From Chthoniobacterales bacterium (lineage in GTDB: Bacteria; Verrucomicrobiota; Verrucomicrobiia; Chthoniobacterales; Chthoniobacteraceae): 64,000 bases of DNA. The stretch covers positions 1 to 64,000 of the forward strand of contig JBBQZX010000018.1 in NCBI GenBank assembly GCA_038207335.1. The letters are read 5' to 3'. A program made the position numbers and the translations under genes. Positions within the stretch are counted from its first letter, which is position 1; each line of letters opens with the position of its first letter. Shown here piece by piece: positions 19,111-28,624 of the stretch. Below the pieces are notes generated by a model, which ran no database searches, was not told where the DNA came from, and worked only from the letters and a program-made list of their open reading frames with translations.

Positions 19111-19872
19111 GTGCCAGCGTTTCGTAATTTTCTCACCGCCGTTTCTGTCATCACCCTCTGCGCCTCCGCGACCGCCCGCGACTTCGACCTACGCCGCGAC
19201 ACCTTCGCATTTTCAAACGACACCGTCCTGAAATACGGCGTCGATGAGCAGGGCACTCTTCACATCAACAAACGCGACAAGCCCGTCGAGTTCGGCCACC
19301 GCTGCTTCGTCCTCGCGCGTTCTGTGCTGCAATTCCACCAGTTCGTCCGCTTCGAGCCATCGCAGCCACGCACCTCACGCGAGAAATATCACGAACTCAT
19401 CCGCCGCATCGGCCGCATCCCGGTCTGGAGCAGCCGCGAGGAAAAAGTCGTTATCCCCGGATACCCCGACCTCCACGCCTTCTCCATCGCCTACGAGGGC
19501 CTGCTGAAAGAAGACCTCGGCAACTGGCTTCCCACCTACTTCCGCGTCGGCAACTGGCGCATGATGACCGGCCACCCGCGCGCCGGTCAGGCCGCCGGCG
19601 CACGCTGGCTCGCCGACTCCATGGAGCAGCAAAAGCTCCGCGCCATCTACATGTCACGCTTTCCGTGGATGAACCACGCCGTCGTCGTCTATGACATGCA
19701 GCGCCGCGCCAACGGCGACATCCATTTCATTGTCTATGACCCGAACTATCCCAACGCCCCGAGCTCCGTTGATTACATCGCAGCGCAGCGCAGCTTCGAC
19801 TTTCCAAAGCGTTGGTACTTCCCCGGCGGCCGCGTGAACGTCATGCGCATCTTCATCTCACCGCTTCACTGA
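19111..19872 (+). CDS. Secreted hypothetical protein with possible papain/C39-like Cys-His-Asp triad
   Basis: Signal peptide; HRCF, NHAVVVY and IVYDPN in papain-like order. The fold is an inference. Confidence 0.6.
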   Translation: MPAFRNFLTAVSVITLCASATARDFDLRRDTFAFSNDTVLKYGVDEQGTLHINKRDKPVEFGHRCFVLARSVLQFHQFVRFEPSQPRTSREKYHELIRRIGRIPVWSSREEKVVIPGYPDLHAFSIAYEGLLKEDLGNWLPTYFRVGNWRMMTGHPRAGQAAGARWLADSMEQQKLRAIYMSRFPWMNHAVVVYDMQRRANGDIHFIVYDPNYPNAPSSVDYIAAQRSFDFPKRWYFPGGRVNVMRIFISPLH

Positions 19873-21165
19873 ATGCTTGCCACCGCCCACGGTGCCGAGC
19901 CGTCCATCCTGCTGCTTATCCCCTTTGCCATCCTTCTGCTGGCCATCGCCATCGGTCCGCTCGCGATCAAGCACACATGGGAGCGCTACTACCATTGGGT
20001 CGCGATAGTTCTCGGGTCCATTACCCTCACCTACTACCTCACAGTCCTGCGCCAACCCGAGCCGATGCTGCACACCGCGATCGAATATGGCAGCTTCATT
20101 GTGTTCGTCGGCTCCTTGTTCATTGTCACCGGCGGCATCCACATTCGGGTGAAAGGCGAAGCGACTCCTGGCATCAATTGTCTCTATCTTCTCATCGGCG
20201 CAGTCCTTGCAAATGTCATCGGCACTACCGGCGCATCCATGCTCCTCATCCGTCCTTGGATTCGGATGAATCGCTACCGCATCACCGCCTTTCACATCGT
20301 CTTCTTCATCTTCATCATCAGCAACGTCGGCGGCTGTCTCACACCCATCGGCGATCCGCCGTTGTTCCTTGGTTACTTAAAAGGCGTGCCTTTCTGGTGG
20401 GTTCTAGCTCAGTGCTGGCAGGCATGGCTCATTGGCGTCGGGATGCTCATCGGCATGTTCTACTTCGCAGACAACCGGAATTTTCTCCGTGCGCCGAAAG
20501 ACATCCGCGACAAGGAAACCGCGCACGAAGAATGGCGCTTCGATGGGCTTCACAACTTGATCTTCATCACATTGATCATCATCGGCGTTTTTCTTCCACT
20601 CGGCTGGCGTGAGGTGGTCATGACCGGTGCGACCCTCAGCTCGTGGTTTTCGACCAAGAGGAAAATCCACGAGTCCAACGAATTCAACTTTCACCCCATC
20701 AAAGAAGTCGCATGGCTCTTCGCTGGCATCTTCATCACGATGGTTCCCGCCTTGGGCTACTTGGAAAGGCACGCGACAGAGCTGGGTCTCCACAGCGAGA
20801 CACAGTTCTTCTGGCTCACCGGCGGACTTTCCGCAGCGCTGGATAACGCTCCGACCTATCTCGCATTTTTAGCTTCGGCCTTTGGACTCTTCGGCCTCGA
20901 CATTAACCATCCAACCGACGTGGCGACCTTCGTCACTACGCACTCGAACTTCCTCCGCGCCATCTCGCTCGGCGCCGTCTTTTTCGGTGCGATGACCTAC
21001 ATCGGCAACGGACCGAACTTTATGGTCAAAGCAATCGCAGAACACGCCAAAGTCCACACGCCCGGCTTCCTCGGTTTCACGCTGAAATTCGCGCTCCCAA
21101 TCCTGCTCCCGATCGTCGTGCTGCTGAGCATCCTGTTCTTCTCCGCTCACCGCATATTCGGCTGA
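19873..21165 (+). CDS. Putative sodium:proton antiporter / ion transporter (IT) superfamily
   Basis: IGTTGASM, GGCLTPIGDPPLFLG, LDNAPTY and GAMTYIGNGPNFMVK motifs; many TMs. Confidence 0.85.
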   Translation: MLATAHGAEPSILLLIPFAILLLAIAIGPLAIKHTWERYYHWVAIVLGSITLTYYLTVLRQPEPMLHTAIEYGSFIVFVGSLFIVTGGIHIRVKGEATPGINCLYLLIGAVLANVIGTTGASMLLIRPWIRMNRYRITAFHIVFFIFIISNVGGCLTPIGDPPLFLGYLKGVPFWWVLAQCWQAWLIGVGMLIGMFYFADNRNFLRAPKDIRDKETAHEEWRFDGLHNLIFITLIIIGVFLPLGWREVVMTGATLSSWFSTKRKIHESNEFNFHPIKEVAWLFAGIFITMVPALGYLERHATELGLHSETQFFWLTGGLSAALDNAPTYLAFLASAFGLFGLDINHPTDVATFVTTHSNFLRAISLGAVFFGAMTYIGNGPNFMVKAIAEHAKVHTPGFLGFTLKFALPILLPIVVLLSILFFSAHRIFG

Positions 21166-21176
21166 GTCTCCACCCG

Positions 21177-21869
21177 ATGATTCCTTTTCGCACCATAGCT
21201 CAAACGCTCACGCCCGACGGCTCCCTGCTTACGCTGCACGAGCACGACGGCCAACACTACCTGAAGCTCGCCGGACGGCAGTTGATGAGCACTTACTCCA
21301 CCACATCAGAGTTGCTGCTCGGCGAGGTCGCGTGCGAACACCTCTCGCGCGGCAAGGCTCCACGCGTGCTCATCGGGGGCCTCGGTCTCGGCTTCAGCCT
21401 GAGGCGCGTGCTGGAAATGCTCGGTCCGCAGGCGATCGTGCATGTGGCGGAATTGCTTCCGGAAGTCGTCGCATGGAATCGCGAATTGCTCGCCGCCGTG
21501 AATGGCAAACTTCTCGCCGACCCGCGAGTGGAGGTCTTCACCGAGGACGTTTTCAAAGTGATCCGCCGCGCCTCCGCCGCGCCCTACGACGCAATCCTGC
21601 TCGATATGGACAACGGCCCGACGAGCCTCGTGCAAAAGCGCAACTCGCGGATTTACGAGCGTAAAGGTTTCGCCCAAATCGCCCGCGCTCTCTCGCCCGG
21701 CGGTCGCGTCGCATTTTGGGCCGCAGGCGAAGAGCCCGGCTTCGTCGCGCGGCTCGGCAAAGCGGGCTTCAGCGCCGAGGCGATCGACGCGAAATCGCAC
21801 GACACCGCGAAACGCGCGGCGCACCGAATCTACATCGGCGACCTTCTGGAGTCCTCTCCTCGTCAGTAG
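21177..21869 (+). CDS. Spermidine-synthase-like SAM-dependent methyltransferase
   Basis: VLIGGLGLGF SAM-binding motif; YDAILLDMDNGP. Confidence 0.85.
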   Translation: MIPFRTIAQTLTPDGSLLTLHEHDGQHYLKLAGRQLMSTYSTTSELLLGEVACEHLSRGKAPRVLIGGLGLGFSLRRVLEMLGPQAIVHVAELLPEVVAWNRELLAAVNGKLLADPRVEVFTEDVFKVIRRASAAPYDAILLDMDNGPTSLVQKRNSRIYERKGFAQIARALSPGGRVAFWAAGEEPGFVARLGKAGFSAEAIDAKSHDTAKRAAHRIYIGDLLESSPRQ

Positions 21870-22312
21870 CTGAAGCGCGAACGCGTGCGCTGCGGCACGA
21901 GCGCTGGACGCCGGGATTTCCGCCGCCGCTTTTTGCTTCGCGGCCAAAGGAACCAGCAGCCCGAAATGAGGAAAGCCCCGAGCGCGGCGACCATGAGGAA
22001 TCGCTGGTATTCCACCCACCGCGAATCATCCCTCGCGACCACTTCGCGCACGAAGCTTTGATCGAAGCCAATGCCCCCGCGCTCGTCGATGCGTCCGACG
22101 ATGCCTTGCGCCTGAAACCGCGACTTTTGCACCGAATCTTGAAGGTCGATGACATTTGGATTGCGCGGCGGCTTCAGCGCCGCGGGAGCCGGAGCGATCA
22201 TCAGCCGCGGTGCCGGATGTTGCGTCTGTAGCTCGAATTTTACCTCTGCAAAAACGGCGGCACTGGAGACAAGCAGGCAGGCTGACGTTAGGAAAAGGTG
22301 GAGTTTTCGCAT
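21863..22312 (-). CDS. Hypothetical membrane protein (signal peptide, C-terminal TM, basic tail)
   Basis: MRKLHLFLTSACLLVSSAAVFA...FLMVAALGAFLISGCWFLWPRSKKRRRK. Confidence 0.55.
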   Translation of the reverse strand: MRKLHLFLTSACLLVSSAAVFAEVKFELQTQHPAPRLMIAPAPAALKPPRNPNVIDLQDSVQKSRFQAQGIVGRIDERGGIGFDQSFVREVVARDDSRWVEYQRFLMVAALGAFLISGCWFLWPRSKKRRRKSRRPALVPQRTRSRFSY

Positions 22313-22449
22313 GGAGACATGCAGCGCCGGGAGGGAAGCGCGGCGGATTTGTGGCACATCCCAACGCCGGACGCAAGCAGAGACTCCCGGACGTGAACAT
22401 CGTCGAGCGACTCACGCTGAATCGAGATCGACGCTCCTTCGTCGGCGAC

Positions 22450-23001
22450 TCAGATCATCCCGAGCTTCATCTTTCCCGCCTCGCTGATCATCGCCTGATT
22501 CCACGCCGGATCCCATACCAACTCCACTTCCGCGTCGCGCACCCCGGGCACGCTCATCACTTTTGCCTTTGCCTCCGCGGCAATCGTCGGCCCCATGCCG
22601 CAGCCCGGCGCGGTCAGCGTCATTTTCACATCCACGCGAGAGCCGCCTCCCTCGCGCGGCGACACCGCGCAGTCATACACCAGTCCGAGATCGACGATAT
22701 TCACCGGAATCTCCGGGTCGTAGCACGTCTTGAGCTGATCCCACACCGCCTTCTCATCGACCGGCACGTCGTCGCCGCTCACCTCCGCCGCCGGCTCGCT
22801 CGTCGCGCTCGGCTCAATCCCAAGCGCGTCAGCGTTGGCATCCGTAATCCGCGCCAATCCGGAACTCGTCGCAATCGTGTAACTCCCCCCCAGCGCCTGA
22901 GTCACATAAACCTGCGTCCCCGCCGTGATGGTGAAAGTCTCGCCGCTCGGGATGCGGATGGCCTCGCAGTCGCGAGTCAGTGTGCGTTCGGTGTTTTCCA
23001 T
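22450..23001 (-). CDS. sufT: Fe-S cluster assembly protein SufT (DUF59/PaaD-like)
   Basis: TQALGGSYT, CYDPEIPVNIVDLGLVY, MTLTAPGCGMG and VWDPAW motifs. Confidence 0.9.
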   Translation of the reverse strand: MENTERTLTRDCEAIRIPSGETFTITAGTQVYVTQALGGSYTIATSSGLARITDANADALGIEPSATSEPAAEVSGDDVPVDEKAVWDQLKTCYDPEIPVNIVDLGLVYDCAVSPREGGGSRVDVKMTLTAPGCGMGPTIAAEAKAKVMSVPGVRDAEVELVWDPAWNQAMISEAGKMKLGMI

Positions 23002-23002
23002 G

Positions 23003-23248
23003 TCAGTTGACTTTGATGTTTGGGCGCAAGGTTTCCAGCATCTTCTCTTTGATCCCGGGAACACGCATCAGATCCTCGACCGTGCCGTACGGCCGACCTT
23101 TGATAATCGCAGACGCGAGCACCGGCCCGACGCGAGGCAGCGCCTGAAGCTGCTTTGAAGTCGCGATTCTCACATTGACGACGGGGACATTCGCAATCGG
23201 CTGCGGTGCCGCGTCGCGACTCCCGGAATTCCGCCTCCCCTCACTCAC
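23003..23248 (-). CDS. Small helix-hairpin-helix (ComEA-like) DNA-binding protein
   Basis: VNVRIATSKQLQALPRVGPVLASAII...PYGTVEDLMRVPGIKEK; tightly coupled to both neighbours. Confidence 0.75.
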   Translation of the reverse strand: MSEGRRNSGSRDAAPQPIANVPVVNVRIATSKQLQALPRVGPVLASAIIKGRPYGTVEDLMRVPGIKEKMLETLRPNIKVN

Positions 23249-23724
23249 GCCCGTTCCTTCATGACGATCTTCTTCCCCCCGCCCGCCTGCGGCGCGCTGA
23301 AGCTCTCCACCAGCGAGCCTTTCACCGATCCCATCGGCGCCGTCACAGTCTCCGGCGCAAGCGCCGAGCGCAACGCGCCCTCCACGAGTTGCGCGCAGTG
23401 AATTTTCATCGGAGGCAGCGCCCCGAGCGGAGCGGAAAGATCGCTCCCCGACATCGATAGCGCCTCCTCGATCGTCTTCCCGGCGATCAGTTCCGTGGCC
23501 ACACTCGCCACCGCGATCGCCGTCTCGCAGCCGAAAGTCTGGAACGTCGCCCGATCGATCAGCTTCCCGCCCTTACCGTCGTCCTTGAATTTCACCCACA
23601 TCCGCAGCATGTCGCCGCAGTCCGGGCTCCCGACCGTCCCCACAGAATCCGCGCCCTCCATCTCGCCCACATTCTTCGGATTGCGGATCGCTTCGTGAAT
23701 TCGCTGCTGCAGGTCGTCGCTCAT
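23245..23724 (-). CDS. iscU: Fe-S scaffold protein, IscU/NifU N-terminal type
   Basis: NPKNVG, CGDML, TFGC and LPPMKIHC; all three scaffold cysteines present. Confidence 0.88.
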   Translation of the reverse strand: MSDDLQQRIHEAIRNPKNVGEMEGADSVGTVGSPDCGDMLRMWVKFKDDGKGGKLIDRATFQTFGCETAIAVASVATELIAGKTIEEALSMSGSDLSAPLGALPPMKIHCAQLVEGALRSALAPETVTAPMGSVKGSLVESFSAPQAGGGKKIVMKERA

Positions 23725-23737
23725 AAAAATCGCAATT

Positions 23738-24286
23738 TCACTCCAGATCGTATCGCGGCAATGCCGGATCAATCTCCACGCTCCATGCATCCATCCCACC
23801 GCGCACGCTTTTCACATTCTCAAAACCGTGCCCCGCAAAATACGCCGCGGCATCCATGCTTCGCGTTCCCTTGTGATCCAGTACCGCCAACAGAGCCGTC
23901 CGATCCCACTCCGCGAGCGCCTCATTCATCAGCTCCTGAGTGAAAAAAATCGCTCCGGCGATATGCACGGTGTCGAACTCCTCGCGCGTCCGTACATCGA
24001 TCAGCCGTGCTTTGACGTCCTCTCTCAATGCCACGGCCAAATCCCCCGGCGCGATCTGCAGCTTCAAATCGCTCTCGTGACTCGCCACAATGTGCGCCAC
24101 GACTTCCTCGACTGGAAGACCCTCATTCCGAGCACACACACCAGCCAGCGTCTCCTCCGGCGCAAAGCCGCAGCTCGCGCAGCCGCCAATGTGGTACTTT
24201 CTGAAAAGCGCACGCTGCGCCCCGGGATACATTCCCAGCAGCTCCCGCATCGTTATGTCGGGATCGATCCCGGTCGCAGTCGTCAT
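23738..24286 (-). CDS. CxxC domain plus rhodanese-like domain protein
   Basis: N-terminal YHIGGCASCGF; C-terminal LIDVRT...VLDHKGTRS...GGMDAWS...PRY. Confidence 0.85.
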   Translation of the reverse strand: MTTATGIDPDITMRELLGMYPGAQRALFRKYHIGGCASCGFAPEETLAGVCARNEGLPVEEVVAHIVASHESDLKLQIAPGDLAVALREDVKARLIDVRTREEFDTVHIAGAIFFTQELMNEALAEWDRTALLAVLDHKGTRSMDAAAYFAGHGFENVKSVRGGMDAWSVEIDPALPRYDLE

Positions 24287-24338
24287 CGGATGAGTCTAGC
24301 CCCCGCGCAGCTCGCTGACAACTCCCGCACCGCCCTCC

Positions 24339-27300
24339 TCACAGCGCCTGCACGCGGATGAACCGCGGCGACGCACTCGCCGGCTGGTTGTCGCGATAAC
24401 TCACGCGCTCCATCCCGTTTCCGAGATCCTGCGCGCTTCCCACCGGCAGATCGACTGGCACCCAATTACCCGCTCCCAACACGCCCGTCACCTGCACGGT
24501 GTAGCTCACATCCCTGGCATTCTTCCGCCGGTCGAAAGTAATCGCGAGGTAGTCCACACCGCCGACATTCACTGTCGACAAAGTCGGGGTGTAGTGACCT
24601 TGGTTTGTCCTTGGGTCGCGTCCAAAAACATACTCCGCCCAATTGTTCTCTCCATCTCCATCCGGGTCGGCAGACAGTGCGCTGATTTGTGAATTGCCCT
24701 CCTCAGCAGCGGAAAAATGATCGTGTTTCCAGCCATCGAAAATCTGCGAGAAACTCGTGTCTCCGCCGCCGGGCGAACCGCCGGAATTCTCGCTGAGCGC
24801 CCAAGTCGTCGCAGCGTTGTAGCTATCATAGACTGGCGCACTCGTGCGCGTCACGAGCGAGTATCCGCCGGCATCCGCGAGCGAATACCATGAAGGCTGG
24901 TAGGTAAAGCGAAGCACCTCCTCCCCGGCGGGATCGAGGATACGCAACTCTTCTCCGCTATTATCGAGGCTCCCCTCAAAAACCCCCACAATAAGGCTAT
25001 CGAGCCCCATCCCGTAGCGCAGATGAAAGGCGGCAAGATTCGAGATGACGAGGCAGCGAGCGCCCGCGGCGAGCGTGTACGGAGTTGGGAAAACGAACGT
25101 CACGCCCTCGTCGAATTGCGCGCCGCCGAGGCTCAGCGCGCTGGTGCCTGTATTCGTGAATTCGATGAATTCGAATGAACCCGCGTCCACACCCGGCAGA
25201 GCCGCGCTTTCCGCAGTAGTCGGCTTTTTCGGCGAAAAGTTCAATTCCGTCACGCGCAGGAAATTCTGCGCAGCGGTTGGCGTCCCGGTAAAAGTATTCG
25301 AGAGCACAAGCGTACCATCCGGCTTGCGCAGTTCGATCGTCCCGCCACGTGCGGAAAGCCGTCCCTTGTAGGGACCCGTAATGAATCGGAGCTGCCCACC
25401 CGTGACACCGCCCGTGCGTGCGCGAAACTGCTTCGGATTTCTGGCCACATGGAGCAATCCGATGTTCTCCGAGCCAGACGTGAAAGGCGGAATCACCGTC
25501 CCGCCCTGAAACGTAAAGTCGATCGCACCGGCGACCTTCCAGCCACTGAGATCGATCGCCGTGCCGCTCGTGTTCTTGATCGTAAAATACTCCTGCTCGC
25601 CATTGCCGGGGTTGTAGTCCACTTGCAGGATGAAAAGTAAAGGGGCTGCAGGTTGCGCAGTCGGGATGAGTTGCCCGGCGACACCGCTCGTGTCCCCATA
25701 GAGCCTCGCGCGCCTTCCCGGCAAAAATGCCGGAATCGTGCTCCGATTGCCAAGCGTGGCGTAAGACGAAGACGAAGGATACGGCGGGTTCGGATTGCTG
25801 TTCAAAATCCGCAAAGCCTGCCTGCGCATCCCATGATCGTGCGTGGCTGCATCCTGCCCCGCACCTGAGATGGCTGTACCACTCCCGTCCGTCCAATATC
25901 CCCACGTCTGCAGATCGAGATCCGCATCGGTCTGATAAGTTGCGCCAGGAGGGTCCATCGCATCCAGCTTCTGATTGATCCGCTGTTCGAGCGGCCCGTT
26001 TGTCTCGGAGGCAGAAATCAGGAATTGATCCATCAAGGTTCTGAGTCGGCGAACATACATTTGCGCCAGCTCCGGAGTCTGATACACGAGTTGCATGAGC
26101 CGGTTGCTTCCGGTCGCGCCGAGTTGCAGCCCTGCCTGGCTGTCAATGTCATCGTCAAAATAGGACGGCCCGCTCGCCCAAGTATGGCCAAAGCTCAAGT
26201 CCTCATCCCAAGGCAGCACCCACCATTCGCCCGTGCCGAGACTGTCGCAGTAGATGTAGTAGTTTTTGTGCCCGAAATCGTTGCCAAGAATGAGTGTTTG
26301 CACCGCCAAAAGGTTGATCAATGCCGGGACGTTTGCGTGGTCGTAGAGATAGGTCCGGCGGCTCACCAGGGAGTTTGCGGGGTTCAGTCCAGCTTCGAAG
26401 TTTGCAAGGTCGCTGCTGTCTTCAAATTCACGGGTCTTCTTCTCCACTCCGCTTCCGTCATTCACTGATTGAGACGCGTTATCGAGATAGTTGTAGCACT
26501 TGTAAAGTGCCCCGTTCGGATCCAGTCCCACGCGTGCAAGGTATTGCTCGTGAGCATCTTCGATTAGGTCGTAAGTGCCCCAGAAACCCGCGTTCTTCTG
26601 CACTCTCAGCTTTACAGCAAAATGTGCAGGAGTCTGCGCCGCCGTGAAAGTCTCGTACGCGAGCGTGTGGCGCACTTTCGCCTTATCCGCGTAATCGGTG
26701 ATCAAATTGAGACCCTTCACGCGATCCTCTCCATCCTTCCATTTGAAGCGGTTGTCCCGGTTGAAACTAATGTTGTGACTCTTCTTATTCACCGGAAATC
26801 CGGAGGACGACTGACCATGAATTCGCACATCCACGTTGTCGTAGAAGTTATTCTCCCACGAGCCGTCCGCCTTCTGTGTGCGGAAAAAGAAAGAAGACCG
26901 AGCGCCAACTTTGCTCCTGCTATTTCCATCGATTGCAGGATCCACGAACCAATGAAGCACCGAGAGTTGTGAAGTGCTCAGCGCCGAATTCTCAGCGACA
27001 GTGCCATAGTATCGGTCATTGTCAGTGGTCGCGGTGTATGGCGGGTCATAGCTCTTCGCTCCCGCGCTGTCTGTGGCCTCGACGCGCCACCGCAACATCT
27101 GTCCGGGACTCAAAATGAAGGAGATCGAGCCGGCGAAGTTGCCTCCACCGTTGTCAGTCATCGTCACCGAACTTTCAGCCCCAAACATCGTCCGATAGAA
27201 CAACTGCACCGTCGCGACTGGATTCATCGAGGGCTTCACCGTCGTCGTAATGACCAGCGGCGGCACTCCGAAGCCGCTCGCTGGTTGCTCCGGCTGCTTC

Positions 27301-28520
27301 GTCGTCTTTGAAATGATCGGCCCCACCGCGCTCGTCGTGATCGCATTCTCCCCGCCTGGTGTCGGCGCTTGGAGATAGCCGATAGTGCCTCCGCTCATGG
27401 CCGTGGTAAGCCGCCCGTCGAGAGCCGGCGTGCAGATGAAAATCTGATTACTCGCGTTGTCATTCAAGCCAAGGATCGCCAGCACATTTGTTCCATTCAC
27501 GAGGTAAGCCTGCGCGTTGCTCAGAGTGATCGTCTCAAAGTCCTCGCATCCGCCATCCAGCCGATCCGCGGTCGCGGTGGAGGTATAGGCAGGCGTCGCG
27601 GGCGCGTTCCGCTCGGCGATTTTTGTCCCATTGAGATAAGCGACGAACCCATCCTCCCACTGCATTTTGAGTTGTAGATCTTTCACCTGGCTCGCATCCG
27701 CCACAGTGAAAGCCGCGCGAACCTGGACCACCGCCTGCACGGTGGACATCCAGGCCGTATTGGGCGTGATTCCGGGGATGTAGCGCAGGCTGCCCGAGGA
27801 ATGCACGAGATAGTTATGCTCGCTGCTTGTGTCAAAGCCGACTCCCCGATAGCTCAGGTTCGGATAGGTCGATGTGGTTTCCAGCCCGATCGTGCGTGCA
27901 TACCAAGGCACTAATGCATCGTTGTAGATTGCGTTGTTCCACCCGTCACTCATCTCCGCTGCGGAGGAAGGCACGCGCACCTTGATTCCCAGCGAGTAGC
28001 TCGCTGCACCCGGAGCAGGGCCCACCAACGCCTGCCATTGCGTCGTCCCACCGATCCCGTAAGCCACGTCATCCGGCTGAGCCGGATAACTCGCGTAGCT
28101 GTGTTCGATCGTGATCCCGTCGGCACGGACGAGCGCCAAATATCCCCCCGCGCTCTTGTCGAGGCTGAAATTGGTGTGCAGGTGCGTCGCATCCGCCTTG
28201 CGATCTTTTCCCGAGCACCAGATCAGAAGCCGCGCGCCGGATGCTAGATTCACCGCCGGTGTCGTGACCGGAAAACGCCACTTTCTGCGGTCGCTCGACT
28301 TGTCGGTGAGATACCAGCCATTCAGATTCACGCTGCTCGCGCCGTTGTTCTGCAGTTCCAGCCAGTCAGCATGGCTCCCTTCTTCATCCGTGATGACGGT
28401 GTTCGAATTCGCCGCCATGAATTCTGAAATCACCACCTGCGCCCGGGCGCACACGGTGAACATGATCAAGAGGGAAAACGCGATGGCGGGAGCCGCGCGG
28501 ACGGGACGTGGGGAACTCAT
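24339..28520 (-). CDS. Secreted CotH-kinase family protein with lamin-tail domains
   Basis: Signal peptide; LTD (VVISEFMAAN...DWLELQN); CotH core (RIHGQSS, KNYY, PWDEDLSFG); further LTDs; C-terminal DPDGDG..N..EY.FG.DP domain. Confidence 0.85.
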   Translation of the reverse strand: MSSPRPVRAAPAIAFSLLIMFTVCARAQVVISEFMAANSNTVITDEEGSHADWLELQNNGASSVNLNGWYLTDKSSDRRKWRFPVTTPAVNLASGARLLIWCSGKDRKADATHLHTNFSLDKSAGGYLALVRADGITIEHSYASYPAQPDDVAYGIGGTTQWQALVGPAPGAASYSLGIKVRVPSSAAEMSDGWNNAIYNDALVPWYARTIGLETTSTYPNLSYRGVGFDTSSEHNYLVHSSGSLRYIPGITPNTAWMSTVQAVVQVRAAFTVADASQVKDLQLKMQWEDGFVAYLNGTKIAERNAPATPAYTSTATADRLDGGCEDFETITLSNAQAYLVNGTNVLAILGLNDNASNQIFICTPALDGRLTTAMSGGTIGYLQAPTPGGENAITTSAVGPIISKTTKQPEQPASGFGVPPLVITTTVKPSMNPVATVQLFYRTMFGAESSVTMTDNGGGNFAGSISFILSPGQMLRWRVEATDSAGAKSYDPPYTATTDNDRYYGTVAENSALSTSQLSVLHWFVDPAIDGNSRSKVGARSSFFFRTQKADGSWENNFYDNVDVRIHGQSSSGFPVNKKSHNISFNRDNRFKWKDGEDRVKGLNLITDYADKAKVRHTLAYETFTAAQTPAHFAVKLRVQKNAGFWGTYDLIEDAHEQYLARVGLDPNGALYKCYNYLDNASQSVNDGSGVEKKTREFEDSSDLANFEAGLNPANSLVSRRTYLYDHANVPALINLLAVQTLILGNDFGHKNYYIYCDSLGTGEWWVLPWDEDLSFGHTWASGPSYFDDDIDSQAGLQLGATGSNRLMQLVYQTPELAQMYVRRLRTLMDQFLISASETNGPLEQRINQKLDAMDPPGATYQTDADLDLQTWGYWTDGSGTAISGAGQDAATHDHGMRRQALRILNSNPNPPYPSSSSYATLGNRSTIPAFLPGRRARLYGDTSGVAGQLIPTAQPAAPLLFILQVDYNPGNGEQEYFTIKNTSGTAIDLSGWKVAGAIDFTFQGGTVIPPFTSGSENIGLLHVARNPKQFRARTGGVTGGQLRFITGPYKGRLSARGGTIELRKPDGTLVLSNTFTGTPTAAQNFLRVTELNFSPKKPTTAESAALPGVDAGSFEFIEFTNTGTSALSLGGAQFDEGVTFVFPTPYTLAAGARCLVISNLAAFHLRYGMGLDSLIVGVFEGSLDNSGEELRILDPAGEEVLRFTYQPSWYSLADAGGYSLVTRTSAPVYDSYNAATTWALSENSGGSPGGGDTSFSQIFDGWKHDHFSAAEEGNSQISALSADPDGDGENNWAEYVFGRDPRTNQGHYTPTLSTVNVGGVDYLAITFDRRKNARDVSYTVQVTGVLGAGNWVPVDLPVGSAQDLGNGMERVSYRDNQPASASPRFIRVQAL

Positions 28521-28624
28521 CGATTTTTAGCATTCCACGAATCGGTTCCATTGCAAACCCCATACAGTCATCTGCTAGCCAATCCGCTTGACCCGCCCGC
28601 TTCCCGCCGGACTATTGCCGCCCG

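Noticed and set aside
19873..21165. Membrane protein as the missing DltB
   Set aside because: It has ion-transporter motifs (TPIGDPP, DNAPTY, GNGPN) and no MBOAT signature.
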